The notes beneath the pieces are model-generated. The model did not search any database. It worked only from the letters and a program-made list of their open reading frames with translations, and had not been told where the DNA came from. The position numbers were made by a program, and so were the translations under genes. A stretch of 64,000 nt of DNA from Octopus sinensis (taxonomy: Eukaryota): NCBI RefSeq assembly GCF_006345805.1, contig NC_043001.1:30938001-31002000 (forward strand), in the 5' to 3' direction. Shown here piece after piece: positions 1-14,504 of the stretch (positions are counted from its first letter, which is position 1; each line of letters starts with the position of its first letter).

Positions 1-848
1 TCACTCTCCCCTTCTCTCTCTCTCACACACACTGCAAAGCTTACAGAGAGGCTGCTGAATTGAAATCTCTGTGTTGCTTTGAGGGGAAGGTAAAACTTGA
101 CAAACTGCTTCTCCCTCTGTTGTTGGACTACCATGATGTTTGTTTAAAAAGAGAGATTATAACTCATCATCATCATCATTTAACGTCCACTTTCCGTGCT
201 GGCATGGGTTGGACGGTTTGACTGAGGGCTGGCAAGCCAGAAGGCTGTACCAGGCTCCAATCCGATATGGCAAAGTTTCTACAGCCGAATGTCCTTCCTA
301 ACACCAATCATTCTGAGAGTGTGATGGGTGCTTTTTACATGCCACTGGCATCGACCACGCTTGAATGGTGCTTTTTATGTACCACCGGCATGGGACCGTC
401 AGGCAGCACTGGCAATGAAAGCAATATTTACTAAGCAAGTGAGCACTATTACACAAAGAAATAATTAGATGTAAACTATAAAAATTATTAGAATTGGGAA
501 TCAAATGTGAAAATACTATCACGGGGTTAGCAGAAAACCGTCTGGAGGGCAGCCGTTCTTCCAGTATATATAAAACAGTCAGTAGCTCATGTATCCAAAA
601 AGAAGCTAGAACTGTAATACTTCGGTTGTTTGTTATGGCTGGTCAGAGATTGACCATTGGTTTCACACCTACAAAACTCTGAACTGTTTAATTGGATGAA
701 CCTTGCCATTCCTTCCACCAGTTGTAGAGAGGTTATGTATCTCCAGCCAATAAGTCTGACAAGCTACTATACAGTTAAGCACTTTGTATGTGCAAAGCTG
801 ATGATTACTCTCTGACTGGCAATAACAAACAACCTTCTAAGTATATAT

Positions 849-890
<42 letters not shown>

Positions 891-1974
891 CAGAAAATGG
901 AGAAAACTTTTGACCAACAAATTGACTACCATCAGTTATTTTTTAATACAAAACCTAACATTGCTAACAGTCGTTTCTGCTGCCTATGTTTCCTATCCTC
1001 CTCGTCAGTCCACACATTTTAGGTCAGTAAGTACTCTCTACAATTATTGAGAACGAAGTACTCAAATCCTGTGTTAATACCAAGAAGGACTCCACTATGC
1101 TTCCTCTACAGTGATAAATGTGTGAGACAAGTGCTAGTGTTTTTGCCATGAGGAAAAAAAAAGCACCCACTTACACAGGTTGGCAATAAACTGAGAATGC
1201 ACAGGGTTGTAAGGTCCTTTCGGTCCTGACTTGCAGAGAACTATTAAACAACTCTAGTGTTAACGTATGAGAAAATGCACTCAGTATACTTTGTTAAATG
1301 GATGACGATAGGGTGATCCTCCGTAGAAGCCAAATCTGTAAGCGCAATTGCTCTTAATAAAAAAAGACAACCTGTCGAATCTATGCCAGCAAGCAGAAAT
1401 AAAATGACATTTCTAAATACATACACAAAAATGATACACGTGCGTTTATGTAGATATACACACACCTACCGGTGTGTATATGCTTGCATATGTATTTATA
1501 AATATATATGCCTGTTAATATATACATAGTTGTAGGTGTACGTAGAAACGACAACAAAAATTAACAGTACAAAATATTTTAAACCTTTAAGAAAGTAGTA
1601 ACTTGTACGATTCCAGAAAAAAATGGAAAAAAAATTCTTTACTAACCCGCCAAACTAAATACAAAGTGACAAAAGTGGAAAGAACTGTCCTAAATTCTAT
1701 GTGTCTAAATATATATATATATATATATAGTATTTTATAAATTATCAAAATTACAAAAACGTATCCCTCTGTATATATTTTGAACATAAATTTATCGTGC
1801 ACACAAGTCCAAATTCCTCTGTAGTGCAAGATACTTCTCTCAGCTGGTTGCTAGTTTGCTTTCGCACGGTAATTTCCGCCACCCCACCATTCCTCAAGAC
1901 CATACCAATATTGTTCTGATAAACGAATAAACAAGAACAAAAGCAAGTACTCAATGCCAGAGAGTGAGAGGGGT

Positions 1975-2300
1975 ATATACCTTATTCTTCTTTATAAACA
2001 AAAATTGTTTTAATCGATAAATATATATCCATCAAAAATGCCAACAGCATTATGGCAATCTTACGGTTCTAGTATATTTTACGTCAAATGACCAATAAAA
2101 TGGAGATAAAACAATGACATTGCAACAAGTACTGTTTTATTCGGAGTAAATAGCTTATTTAGAGGAATTCTAGCAACACAAAGTTTATTAGCATACAAGG
2201 ATGCATGGAAATATATTCCGAAACTCGGAACAAGCTGAGAATATTTTGCCGGGAAATAGTTGGGAAATAGTTTTAAGCTTACAAATGGCGAACTAAACAG
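1975..2300 (-). promoter_or_regulatory. Candidate promoter/first non-coding exon of a leftward transcript
   Basis: CRE-like TTACGTCA 2079-2086, CCAAT 2092-2096, E2F-like TTTGCCGGGAAA about 2246, AAATGGCG about 2283, minus-strand AAG|GTATAT donor at 1980. Confidence 0.25.
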
Positions 2301-2896
2301 AAAAAAATAAAATGACATGCTTAATTTAAATAAAGAATATAGTTGTAAAGTGAAAAAAAGCGAAATAAAAAAAAAAGTAGGAGTTATTAAATGTAAAGAA
2401 GGTAAATAATATAATAACAAAATGTATAATTTTCTATTGTTGTTGTTATCAGGGCATTAAGTTTGACTGACTAGTAACGCCAACTGAAAAATATTACACA
2501 CACATACAAATAATAAACACTTATTCAAGCACCGACCTGCAGATCTAAGTACGAGCATGTCCAAACATATCGTATAAGTTTGCCGATGCATAAGAAGGTT
2601 GCACCAAGTTATGTTCAATCTTTCAGTAAATATCCAATATCCATGTAATACCTGTGTGAAATAGACGTTTGGTGATTTAGACCAATCAAAAATTCCCTTT
2701 CGTACAGAGTACGGCAGCAAATTTGGCAGTGTGGTTAGAACGTCAGATAGAAAGCTAAGCTTCGTAGTATTTGAGCCGATTCTCAGTGTTCCGTGTTCAA
2801 ATCTCGCTGTTATCAACTGTGTCCATTCATCCTTCGAAGTTGATAAAAATGTACCGGTTAAACTAAACCCGGTCAAAAGAACAAAAAAAAAAAAAA

Positions 2897-3313
2897 GGCG
2901 ATCTTTCGTCTCTAGTAGACCTTTCCGTAAAAAAAATTTTTTTTTTACATATGGGCTTGCGGGAACTTTTGAAGTAATATACATACATATACACATACAC
3001 CGAGTAAAAAATTTCAGTTATCTCTTTCTTTCACACATTACTCTGTCTCTTCACACACACTAACAGAAGCACTTCACTTACACAACATACTGTCTGTCTT
3101 CCACACCCCATCAAACACACACACACACACGCATACACATGTACATCAATGCTTGCCATGCACGGTAACTTCAAAAGAAATTCCCTCGTCATAAAATCGC
3201 TTTCTCTTAGTCTCTTTCGCTCTCATTACTTCAAAAGTTCCCGCAAGCCCATATGTAAAAAAAAAATTTTTACGGAAATCGACGGAATGGTCTACTAGAG
3301 ACGAAAGATTGCC
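2897..3313. repeat. Inverted repeat (about 85-bp arms 2897-2978 and 3225-3313), MITE-like
   Basis: GGCGATCTTTCGTCTCTAGTAGACC...GAAGTAAT pairs with ATTACTTC...GGTCTACTAGAGACGAAAGATTGCC, with one 10-nt indel. Confidence 0.7.
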
Positions 3314-4929
3314 AAACAAATTGTGTAATATGTGTTAAACAACTTCCTCTAAACGAATATGAAAAAAAAATGCGCGCACGCGAAAGGGGAGTGGGGGAGA
3401 GGCCTCGGAAAATTCACATCGGGAATTTCCGAAAGCGTCTGAGGGGCTGACCCGGGCACCAAAACAAAAGAAAAAATAGTGTAATATGTGTAAAACATAT
3501 GTACCACCAAAGCAGGGTGGTGAGTTGGCAGAGCTGTTAGGTCGAGCGAGATACGTTGTGGTATTTGTGTCAGTTCTTTATGTTCCGAGTTCAAATCCTG
3601 CTCTGACCTATTAGAGTGGTTGGGGGATCTTTTCGCTTTGGTCGGTCAAAGCGAAGGAATGCAATTTTTTTTTTACACAAAGTAAATATAATACAAAAAC
3701 ACAAAGTAAGGATTGACTAGTCACGACTAGGTAGCACGGATGCGCGAGTACGCGAGTGCGCGCACCGGGACCACTCTTCTTAAATAGTACCGAGTGGTTG
3801 TCTTAACTCATCGTCCGGTTTAACACCATTACCTAGTATCCAGTGTATCTTTAGTAGTGTCCATTCTGTTACAAGCATTCAGGCCAGGTCTCCGATCTGA
3901 GGGTAACTCCCCCTTCCCTTGTAACTTTGTGACGGTCGTAAGCATTGCCTACTTTCCTGACTGAAAAAAAAAAAAGTAAGGAAAGAAACATATTGATAGT
4001 AGAATCGCCAGAGCACAGTGTCATTTCAAAGCATGGGCACACTGGGCAGTTGTCCAGGTGTTTCATGGGTCTACGAGCCCAATTATGATCTATTTATGTT
4101 GTGCCTTGCCGTCAATAAATAATTGCAGTAGAGGCCAGTCCATTGATTTACCCAGAGAGCCTATAATGCTGTTATATCGGCCCTACTTGAGCAGCGAACA
4201 TATTTAGTTACGGTCCCTTACAATTTTAAATCCCACTTGGGTCAACTTTGCCATACATATTCCAGGGGCCAATAAAATAAAGTACCAGTCAATTTACTGG
4301 ATACTCGCCCAAAATTTTGTGTCCTTGTGCTAATCTTAGAAAACATTTATTAACATAAGCCGGAAAAAATCAAACTAACTAAAGAATTAGTAATACAAGT
4401 GAAATAATTTGTAAAATTTTTAATGAAATCTACAAGTATGGTTAGCTAGGAGTGGCTGTGTGGTAAGTAGCTTGCTAACCAACCACATGGTTCCTGGTTC
4501 AGTCCCACTGCGTGGCACCTTGGGCAAGTGTCTTCTACTATAGCCTCGGGCCGACCAGAGCCTTGTGAGTGGATTTGGTAGACGGAAACTGAAAGAAGCC
4601 CGTCGTATATATGTATATATGTATATATATATATATGTGTGTGCGCGTATGTTTGTGTGTCTGAGTTTCTCCCCCCTAGCATTGCTTGACAACCGATGCT
4701 GGTGTGTTTATGTCCCCGTCACTTAGCGGTTCGGCAAAAGAGACCGATAGAATAAGTACTGGGCTTACAAAGAATAAGTCCCGGGGTCGAGTTGCTCGAT
4801 TAAAGGCGGTGCTCCAGCATGGCCGCAGTCAAATGACTGAAACAAGTAAAAAAAAAAAATAGTAAAGCTCGAAAATAAATTGGAGTGAAAATACATTTTC
4901 TCTCGGAAATGACATGTATTTCAGACATG

Positions 4930-5060
4930 AACGAGGTTCGCGCGAGATCGCTCTTTGATTGGTCGATAGATTCTTGCTTCGAAATTCAAAATCGTTTACT
5001 TGAACGTGGACAGAGTTGTCAGTAAAGTTGGCACCACCACCTGACTTCCTGGTGCACTTG
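4930..5060 (+). promoter_or_regulatory. Candidate cell-cycle promoter (E2F-like TTCGCGCG 4937-4944, reverse CCAAT 4958-4962, reverse CHR TTCAAA 4985-4990, ETS-like ACTTCC about 5045)
   Basis: Motif cluster in a locally CpG-enriched unique segment, followed by a GTAAGT donor (5149), an acceptor (5246) and a second donor (5298). Assignment to FoxM1 is inference. Confidence 0.45.
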
Positions 5061-6298
5061 TTCCATAAACTACATCGTTATTGCTGTGGTCAACATTTAT
5101 TCTGCACATTGTCACATTACCCTATGCAAATGCAGTTATTTATTATTCGTAAGTTGGCCAATTGTTGCTTACTACTTTAAAAGTACAATTATATATATAT
5201 ATCTGTGTATAATACATTGTTTATATATCTTATGTTTACTTTTCAGTTTCCTTTCAATAACAAAACAGAATGTCAAACGATTAGATTCTAATAATCGGTA
5301 ACTGAATTAATAAAATTTCATCTGAAATAGTTATTTATGCCATAGTTATCTAACTGATGAGAATTTCAAGAGCGATAGAAGAATTTAAACTAAATCAGCT
5401 GATACGTTGTCAAATTAATCGTCGTTAGAATTAAATGACAGCTTTTATTTTTCATTTGATTGGTACAGATTTTTAAGTTTACGTGTGTAGGAATGTCTGC
5501 ATTTCTATATAATTTTGTTACTTCGACATATTAAAGTTTGACCATCTGGCTTGATTTTTTTTTACCGTGGAAAAAGAATGTTAGACGTATTTTAGTTCGA
5601 TTTACTCTTTACTCTCTTAAATTATGTTATTTGAATAATGATCGTGGAATACTTTATAGTACATTGGGGTCACGTTTCGAAAAAGTAGGTGTTTAAATAT
5701 GGGTTACCACTAAATCAAGTTGAATACTTAAAGCTTAGATCAGCTACAGTTTTCTATAACAATTCTTTACTTGCCTTTTTTTTCTTTACGTGAGCAATAA
5801 TTCATCCATCACTAAAATTATAGCGTTAATTATCTTTTTTTTTTACTACACCAAATATGCTAGTATCCATTATACAACTGATTATCAAGTTCGATTGTTA
5901 CGTAGAGAGGAAAAAAGAAATGACTCCCCACTCCCAAAAGCTGAAGTTTCGAACTACAGGCTGTTCAATTTTCAAATTTCGAGTTTTAACCCATATTGAT
6001 TGATATTTTAGTTAGCTGTCTAGCACTTTAATCTCACAGGCGATGTGCCATTAAAATAGCAGTTCACATAATGAGTTTTAAAAAAAATATCTGGTTATAA
6101 CACAGCAAGTATTATATAAAACTATTCACTTATCCCAAAACTGACGGAAATAAAATTTTCCAGAAAACTCAGATCGGAAAGACTAGCACTCAATACCAGA
6201 AATATACTCATTCTTGTAACTGGTCTTTTTGTTTTATTAATGAGGCTGGGCGGAAACATGTCTCCTTTGTAGCCTATATATAATTAGATTTAATTTAC

Positions 6299-6353
<55 letters not shown>

Positions 6354-6540
6354 AACGGCGGTGCATCAGCATAGCCGCAGCTCGGAGCTGAAACTAGAGA
6401 GAAATATATATATATATATATAATTAATATTTAATTTCTATTCAATATATATATGGCACCTTGGGCAAGTAGCTTCTACTATAGCCCCGGGTCAACCAAA
6501 GTAAATGGATTTGGTAGACGGAAACTGAAAGAAGCCTTTC

Positions 6541-6588
<48 letters not shown>

Positions 6589-7393
6589 TTGTGTCTGCGT
6601 TCGTCCCCCCCTCCTCATCGCTTGACACCAATGTTGGTGGGTTTACGTCCCTGTAACTTAGCGGTTCGGCAAAAGAGGTGGTGCTCCAGCATGGCTGCAG
6701 TCAAATGACTGAAACAAATGAAAGACTATAAAATTTATCTTTTACTTGTTTCAAGATTGCAGTCATGCTGGGGCACCACCTTGAATAATTTGTAAAATGG
6801 ATAGACCCCAGTAATTTTTTTAAAGCTTGGTACTTTATCTGTTTTTTTCCAAACCTCCAAGTTATGAGGATGTAAACACACCAACACCGATTGTCAAGTG
6901 GAGGGCACAGGCACCCCCCCCCCACACGACGGGCTTCTTTCAGTTTCAGCCTACCAAATCCACTCACAAGCCTTTGATCGACTCGAGATGGAGGTGCCAT
7001 GCAGTAGAATTGAACCCAGAACCATGTGGTAGGGAAGCAAGCTTCTGACCACACAGCCATGGCTGCACCTCTCTTTCTCTCTCTCTATCTCTATCTCATC
7101 ATTGTCGTTTAACGTCCGCTTTCCATGCTGGCATGGGTTGGACGGTTTGACTGAGGGCTAGCGAGCCAGAAGGCTGCACCAGGATCCAATCCTATCTGGC
7201 AATGTTTCTACAGCTGGATGCACTACACTCTGAGAGTGTAATGGATGCTGGCATCGGCCACGCTTGAATGGTGCCAGTCAGGCGGCACTGGCAACAACCA
7301 CTCTCAAATGGTGCTTTTTACATGTAACCAGCACGGGACCAGTCAGCCGGCACTATCTATCTATCTATCTATCTATCTGTCTGTCTATCTATC

Positions 7394-7425
<32 letters not shown>

Positions 7426-7436
7426 ATATATATAGA

Positions 7437-7501
<65 letters not shown>

Positions 7502-7792
7502 TACTATATAGAGGCGGCGAGCTGGCAGACACGTTAGCACACCGGGCGAAATGCGTAGCCGTATTTCGTCTGCCGTTACGTTCTGAGTTCAAATTCCGCC
7601 GAGGTCGACTTTGCCTTTCATCCTTTCGGGGTCGATAAATTAAGTACCAGTTTCGCACTGGGGTCGATGTAATCGACTTAATCCCTTTGTCTGTCCTTGT
7701 TTGTCCCCTCTGTGTTTGGACCCTTGTGGGTAGTAAAGAAATATATATATATATAGATAGATATAGATATATACACACATGCACACACACAC

Positions 7793-8520
7793 ACGAGGGC
7801 TGAAAAGTTTATATACTGGCTATGAAGGATTGATGCTAGTGCTGTGAAATCTTGTATGCAATAATTTCAACACTTCTTATTAATAACTGCATTGTTAGGT
7901 AAACTAACAAATGTACTTGGCTGGGAACCAGTATTGCAGTGAGGACGACGTCATATCCATTGTTGATAACTTTTTTGACCAACAGGAAGCTTCTTCACCA
8001 TTGGAATCCAATGGAATCCAAGCACTAAAACAATGATGAAAGAAGTGTATTGACCGCAAGGGGGACTATATTGAAAAATAAAACTCATTTGATCACATTC
8101 CATGAGAGTTTTGTCTTGTCTTGAGACAGCATTCACCCGGGGTGGGTTGAGCTGGCTTCATTCATCCTCAATGCTGCATCTCTCGCAAACACTGACCAGA
8201 CCTGGCGATTTGAGGCTAATTACTGCGTGATCTCCAACCACTCCTTATTCCAGCTACGAACGCCGTAGATATGGGGGCCTAGGTTGGGTTCCAGATCAGC
8301 ATTGACCGTCATCAGTCAGATTTTTCGTTGTCCACCACATTGCTTTCAACAACCCTGAAGGGGAGCTGGGGAAATTGCTTCGTAGATGAATTCCCCTGGT
8401 TGACGACAGAGGGCATGACCCAGCCAACACAGACGTCTCGTTAGGATGACTTGTCGGAGGGAGGTGATTTTGCACTCCATGAGAATATCTTGATCAGCCT
8501 ATGAACTTTTCAGCCGACCA
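7793..8520 (+). mobile_element. Mariner deletion derivative interrupted by an unclassified retroposon (8109-8476, TSD CCATGAGA)
   Basis: TIRs CGAGGGCTGAAAAGTT / AACTTTTCAGCC; decayed transposase C-terminus NGIQALKQ**KKCIDRKGDYIEK* at about 8010-8080. Confidence 0.7.
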
Positions 8521-8841
8521 TTATATATCGAAAAGTAGGAGGAATATATGATTATCATACATTTTCTTATATTTTGAAAATTCTCTAGACTATATTGAAC
8601 ACATTGTTGTTTATCTAAAAAAAAGAAAAGACTTTGGAAGCTGGCATTAAAGCTCTGCAGTCCTGTATTATTGCGAAACTTGAATGAATGTAATAGAAAT
8701 TGAATATTTGCAGCATAGCAGCAAAGTTGTAAAAGCTGAAAAAAAGAAAGAATTTTTTTCATATGAATAATCAATTTTGCATCTCATGCTATGGTGTATG
8801 TGTGTGTATAGACATAAATATATAGATAAATATCATTTCAT

Positions 8842-8915
8842 AAACAATTGCAGTGTGGAAGGTGTTTATAAGCCATTTAAATGGCTTATAAACACCTTCC
8901 ACGCTGCAATTGTTT
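8842..8915. repeat. Loopless 74-bp palindrome
   Basis: 37-bp arms, centre TTT|AAA at 8878/8879, one mismatch. Confidence 0.9.
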
Positions 8916-11900
8916 TTGTTCCAGCACACGATCTCAGATCAAGTCACTTGTTATGCTAGTACATCTCCGTAATATTATTTCATAAAAGCCCTTTAAGTTT
9001 TCATCTCTTTGTGTTTGCACCAGCAAATCGTTTTCGTTACATACTCATCGACTTTTGTTTGAAGTGGCTACCATTTCAATCAATCAGTCAATCAATTATT
9101 CAATATTTATCTCATGCTACTGGGATAAATAGTCAACTGAATAATTTCTTATGATTAGCCCTATTGGTTTCAGCAGTGTCTCTCCTTCCAAACTATAACA
9201 ACTATATAATTTGATCTAATCACTACAAATGAACAAAGAACTCATCTGTTACAAAGTGCTTTCCATTGTTGGTGATAGAACTTATAGTCAATTGGGCCAT
9301 CCTTGTAGATTTTAAATGTCTAGATTTACTAATTTTTCAAATTGGTTAAATTTAATATTTTTCTTGAGACCAGGCATAGATCTGTAGCTGCAGGCATGGC
9401 TATGTGGTTATGAATGTCTCTTGCAACCACTTGGTTGCAGGCTTTGTTCTTCTGTGCAGTGCCTTGGATAAGTTCCTTATCTTATAGCTCCAGGTTGACC
9501 AAAGCCATGTAAGGTAGATGGAAACTGTAGGAAGCTATCAAATGTGTGCCAATGTTTATATATTCCACATACATCACTTCTTGAGTGAAGTTGATGCTGA
9601 TATTCCTTTTGATATTATGGTTGGTTGCACTGCATTTTTAAAGACTTGTGGTATGAAGAAATCTCTTCCTTGAAAAACAGGCAAGACCTCTGTCCAGTAT
9701 GAAAAAGATGCCTTCATGCACATGACCCTGAAGCTTTTCCCATCATAGGTGTAGGAGTGGCTGTGTGGTAAGTAGCTTGCTTATGAACCACATGTTTCCA
9801 GGTTCAGTCCCACTGTGTGGCACCTTGGGTAAATGTCTTCTACTATAGCCTCGGGCCAACCAAAGCCTTATGAGTGGATTTAGTAGATGGAAACTGAAAG
9901 AAGTTCATCATATATATGTATATATATATATATGTGTGTTTGTGTGTCTGTTTGTCCCCCCAACATCGCTTGACAACTGATGCTGGTGTGTTTACGTCCC
10001 CGTAACTTAGCGGTTCAGCAAAAGAGACCGATAGAATAAGTACTTGGCTTACGAAGAATAAGTCCTGGGGTCGATTTGCTTGACTAAAGGTGGTGCTCCA
10101 GCATGACCACAGTCACATGACTGAAACAACTAAGAGAGTAAAGAGTATCACACAAAGTACAGCCAATCTCTTTGGTCTCCTACCAAAAGCATCTACAACT
10201 TTTTTCCTCCTCTTTTAAACAATGATAACTGTAAAACAGTACACTCATGGAGAAATCCTCCTTGTTTGCTACCTGCTTAGCATGTGATCCAGAGGAACTA
10301 ACAGAAATTCAGTTGCTCCAGCTTCTGGTCCATATCTGCTGTTTCCTCTTTCTGTCTTCTCTATTGCTACTATTATGGCCTCAGCACTCTGGAGATGGTT
10401 GATCTTGTATTTTCCCTACTCAGGCATCTCTGTCTCAAGTCAGTCACAATATGTCCAACCTCCTTGGTCCCTATGTTAATTATATTAGTATGTTCTTCTC
10501 AGACATTAGCTCTCTGGAATCTCTTTCCTGCAGGTGTTGAGCAGCAGCAATTTAAAAGGGAGCATTAATAGCATTAGCTTCACCAGTCTTGGAGGGCCTG
10601 TAAAATTCATAGGCATTACCGTTTCATTCAGACACATCAAGTTAAAAATAAAAGTACAGATTGCTGACAGGAAGAACCTTTGGTATAAAATCCTACATCA
10701 AAAAACTTCCCATCTGAGCCCTTGTTGGTATGGAAAAAATGGACATTATTCATAATTGGGCCCCTTGTGGGCAATAAAGAAATAAGAAAATATACTTCAG
10801 TAAACTCCATCCAACCCATGCAAGCTTGGAAATGTGGACATTACAACTACAATGATGATAATGATAACAAAGAGGCATGAGCATTGAATGTAGAGGACCT
10901 GCAAAGACTTAAGAGAAATGGGTTTTGTATATACAAGTTAACTGAAAGGCAGAGTTTAGTAAGCTGCTATGCATTAACAGTATAATGATAGTAATGATAT
11001 GTATCAGAAAAGGGATGATTTATTTGCATTGAAACATGGACAGTAAGTGTGATTGTCAGATTGAGTGCATGTAAATCAACTGGGTTTCAAAGGCAGTATC
11101 GAATGTATATACAGCAGGTAATATTAATGATAAAGAGATGTGAATGATAATGTTCTATGGACAGGTACTCTTTTTCATATTGCAATTAGTGAATAATAGT
11201 GCTGCTGTTAGTTACAGGTTTCCAATGGACCAGTCTCTGATTCATTACATTTCTGATGGCATGAGTATCTGCATTCATCATCATCATCATTCAACGTCTA
11301 TGTTTTTAACCAGGTATAGGTTAAACAGAATTCTGACTGATACTGAAGTGGATTTTCTATGGCCAGATGTTCTTTCTGTTACCAATCCCACCTGTTTCCA
11401 AGTAAGGTGTCTAGCTATTTCCCCATAGCCAAACAGGTTTCCTATGTTAGACTGAAAATGAATAACATTACTTGCATGATGATGATGCTTGATTACAATC
11501 TTCATGTGATCTCAAGACAAGGGTACACACACACACATTCATATGACAGGTGTCACACACACACACACACATTCATATGACAGGTGTCTTGCAGTTTCCA
11601 TCTCTCAAATCCATTCACAAAGCCCAGGACTATAGTAGAAGACACTTGCCCAAGATACCATTCAGTGGAACTGAACCTGAGACCACATGGTTGGGAAGCA
11701 AGTTTCTCAACCACACAGCCATGCTTGTGCCTATATCTGTAACTAGATGCAACACAAATATTTCAAGGTATTTCATTTGTAAAGCACTGGTTTAGCAGTT
11801 TTCTCACTGATGTTTATATACTTCACCAATATACATCAGTGAAAGGTATACACTTACATGCACTTATATACGACAGGCTTCCATGCAGTTTCTCTCAAAT

Positions 11901-14504
11901 TCCACTCACCAGGTACTGGCTAACCTGAAGTTATAGAAGATAACACCTTTCTAAAAGGCCACAAGGCGGAAGATGTCAAACCTGGAACTTCTTAAACATA
12001 AGGTTATGTTTGCATTCAGAGAGTAAATAATTTGGGAGAAACAACAAGCCTTGCTTAAGCCTTAAGCAGTCAAGCCTTACAGGATAATGACACAGAGAAA
12101 GCTGCTGGGTTCCATCTTCCTTTACCCCCATCTCCCCTTGATCCCTACTTTTGCAACTGGTTGCTATCATGCCATCAACACTCCGAGTCCTCCTCAGTCA
12201 CACATCTGTCCTCTTATCACCATCCCTGTTGTGTCCTGCCCCACTCCAACCCTGCAGTCCAATTCTAACCACTGCATTCAGCTTCCACTTCCCAGAATGT
12301 TGGCTTTCAGGAATTCCCTCCCTGTACATGTTTCTAAAGGGACATTAACTGTGTCAGTTTCATCTGACTGAAATGGTCTGCCTACAAAGACAGTAGGTTT
12401 GGCCTTTTCCTCTTGCATAATCTAACAGTAAAAAAACACTCCCTTGATTGCACAATGAAATAAGCACTTTCCTCTCTTCCCCCAAAAAACCCCAATTATT
12501 GCTAATTCTTTGTATTTTAAGTATTACAAGAAAAGCAGCTTCTGGTGGTACCTCAGCAGTCATCCTTATACTCACTGACTTGAGCTTGTTGTGTGTGTGA
12601 GTGTGGTATGTGTATAAATGTGTATATGCATTTGTATTTGTCACCTCCTGCCGTCATCACTTGACAACTGGTGTTGGTTTGTTTACATCCCAGTAACTTG
12701 AAAGTTCAGCAAAAGAGAGCAGTGGAATAAGTACCAGATTTAAAAAAACAAGTGCTGGGGTTGATATCAAAATAATGGGTGAATGATCTGCAGTTTGGTG
12801 ATTTAAAATATACTGATATTAAAATTTTGGCTTAAGCAGATGAATGACTAATTATAATTGTTAATAAGCTATGTTACTATCCCTTCCCTTTCAGCTATAG
12901 TCTTTTATTTATTTATTTTTACTCATTTTCAGTCATTATACTGTGCCCTTTCTAGGATACTGTTTTTTTTAAGGGTTTTAGTCACTCATATTGACCCTAG
13001 TATATATTTCATTCTGATACTTATTTTATCAACCACTATTTATCAAATGGCTAAGTGACAGTTTATACATGGCACCAGTTATTTATTTTTAACTACCCAC
13101 AAGGGGCTAAATACAGAGGGGACAAACAAGGACAGACAAACGGATTAAAACGATTATATCGACCCCAGTGCGTAACTGGTACTTATTTAATCGAACCCGG
13201 AAGGATGAAAGACTAAGTCGACTTTGGCGGAATTTGAACTCAGAATGTAACGGCAAACGAAATACTGATAAGCATTTCATCCAGCGTGCTAACGATTCTG
13301 CCAGCTTGCCACCTCGGCACCAGTTATTACACTGATAATTATAAACATACACACAGCCATTGGTTTCTTTATTGTTTTCATCTTCCAAAATTCTACTCTA
13401 ATAATATTGGTCACTCAAGACTGTAGCCGAAGATGCTTGTCCAAAGTGCTGCACACTTTAATCAAACCTGGTCCTCTGTGGGTGTGATGGATTAGACTGA
13501 AATCTTTTGTCAGCCATATCGAGTTTGACTGGCTTCCGTGCCGGTGACACGTAAAAGGCACCATCCGACCGTGGCCATTGCCAGCTTTGTCTGGTCTCCG
13601 TGCCGGTGGCATGTAAAAAGCACCATCCGATCGTAAAAAGCACCCACTACACTCATGGAGTGGTTGGCGTTAGGAAGGGCATCCAGCCGTAGAAACACTG
13701 CCAGATCAGACTGGGCCTGGTGCAGCCTTCTGGCTTCCCAGACCCCAGTTGAACCATCCAACCCATGCTAGCATGGAAAGCGGACGTTAAACGATGATGA
13801 TGATGATTACATGACTGGTTAGAATATTAAATAATTGTCTGATATAATTGTTAAAGCTATTGTCATATGTAATCCCTGCTTTTTTCATCCCTTCTCCAGT
13901 CCCCTAATCTCTTTGGCACACCTTCAATATATTTGTAAGTATTGATTACTTTGACCAAATACACTGCAATTTTTTTTTTTTTATAAGGGTGTGAGCTGTA
14001 ATGAATACAATGAGCTCCTACTTATTGTATTGATCCCATCAGGATTTTTAATTGAGAACCTAGAAGGACAAAACTAACTGCAACATTATACTACTTCCCA
14101 TTCCCTGCAGTCTTTGTTACTTCATCGACTCTGTATTTATTTATAAATATAAAATACCAAGCATTAATTACTCACATCAATGCCCCATTTTGTGCAGGCA
14201 TAGAAAATCTCTGTTCTTTATTCCATTTACTGGTAGCCATTTGCTTCCCTATTGATTGTTGTATCATTTTCCCTCTGGATTAAGTTATGGTTGTTTATGC
14301 TGTCTCACATTTTTATGTAATATTGGCTTTTATTTGTCTTGTATTTCCTTACAGATCCACAGATACATGAACAATAAGGACCAACAGAACAACCCCATTT
14401 AAATTTCTATATAAAAATACTTATTTTTGGATACTATCTTGCCCCTAAATCAATCTGTAGTTAACGTCACCTAACTCACTGGATGAGAGCCATGCTTAGA
14501 CTTG

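Noticed and set aside
298-682. Open frames on both strands near the left end
   Set aside because: No recognisable domain; the minus frame runs into an RTE repeat and no consistent splice partners were found.
3632-3655. 9-bp hairpin TTCGCTTTG/CAAAGCGAA as a histone stem-loop or terminator
   Set aside because: Does not match the histone stem-loop consensus and no upstream CDS; may be chance.
14340-14410. Strong acceptor ttccttacag as an extra FoxM1 exon
   Set aside because: All three frames stop within about 50 nt and no donor follows.
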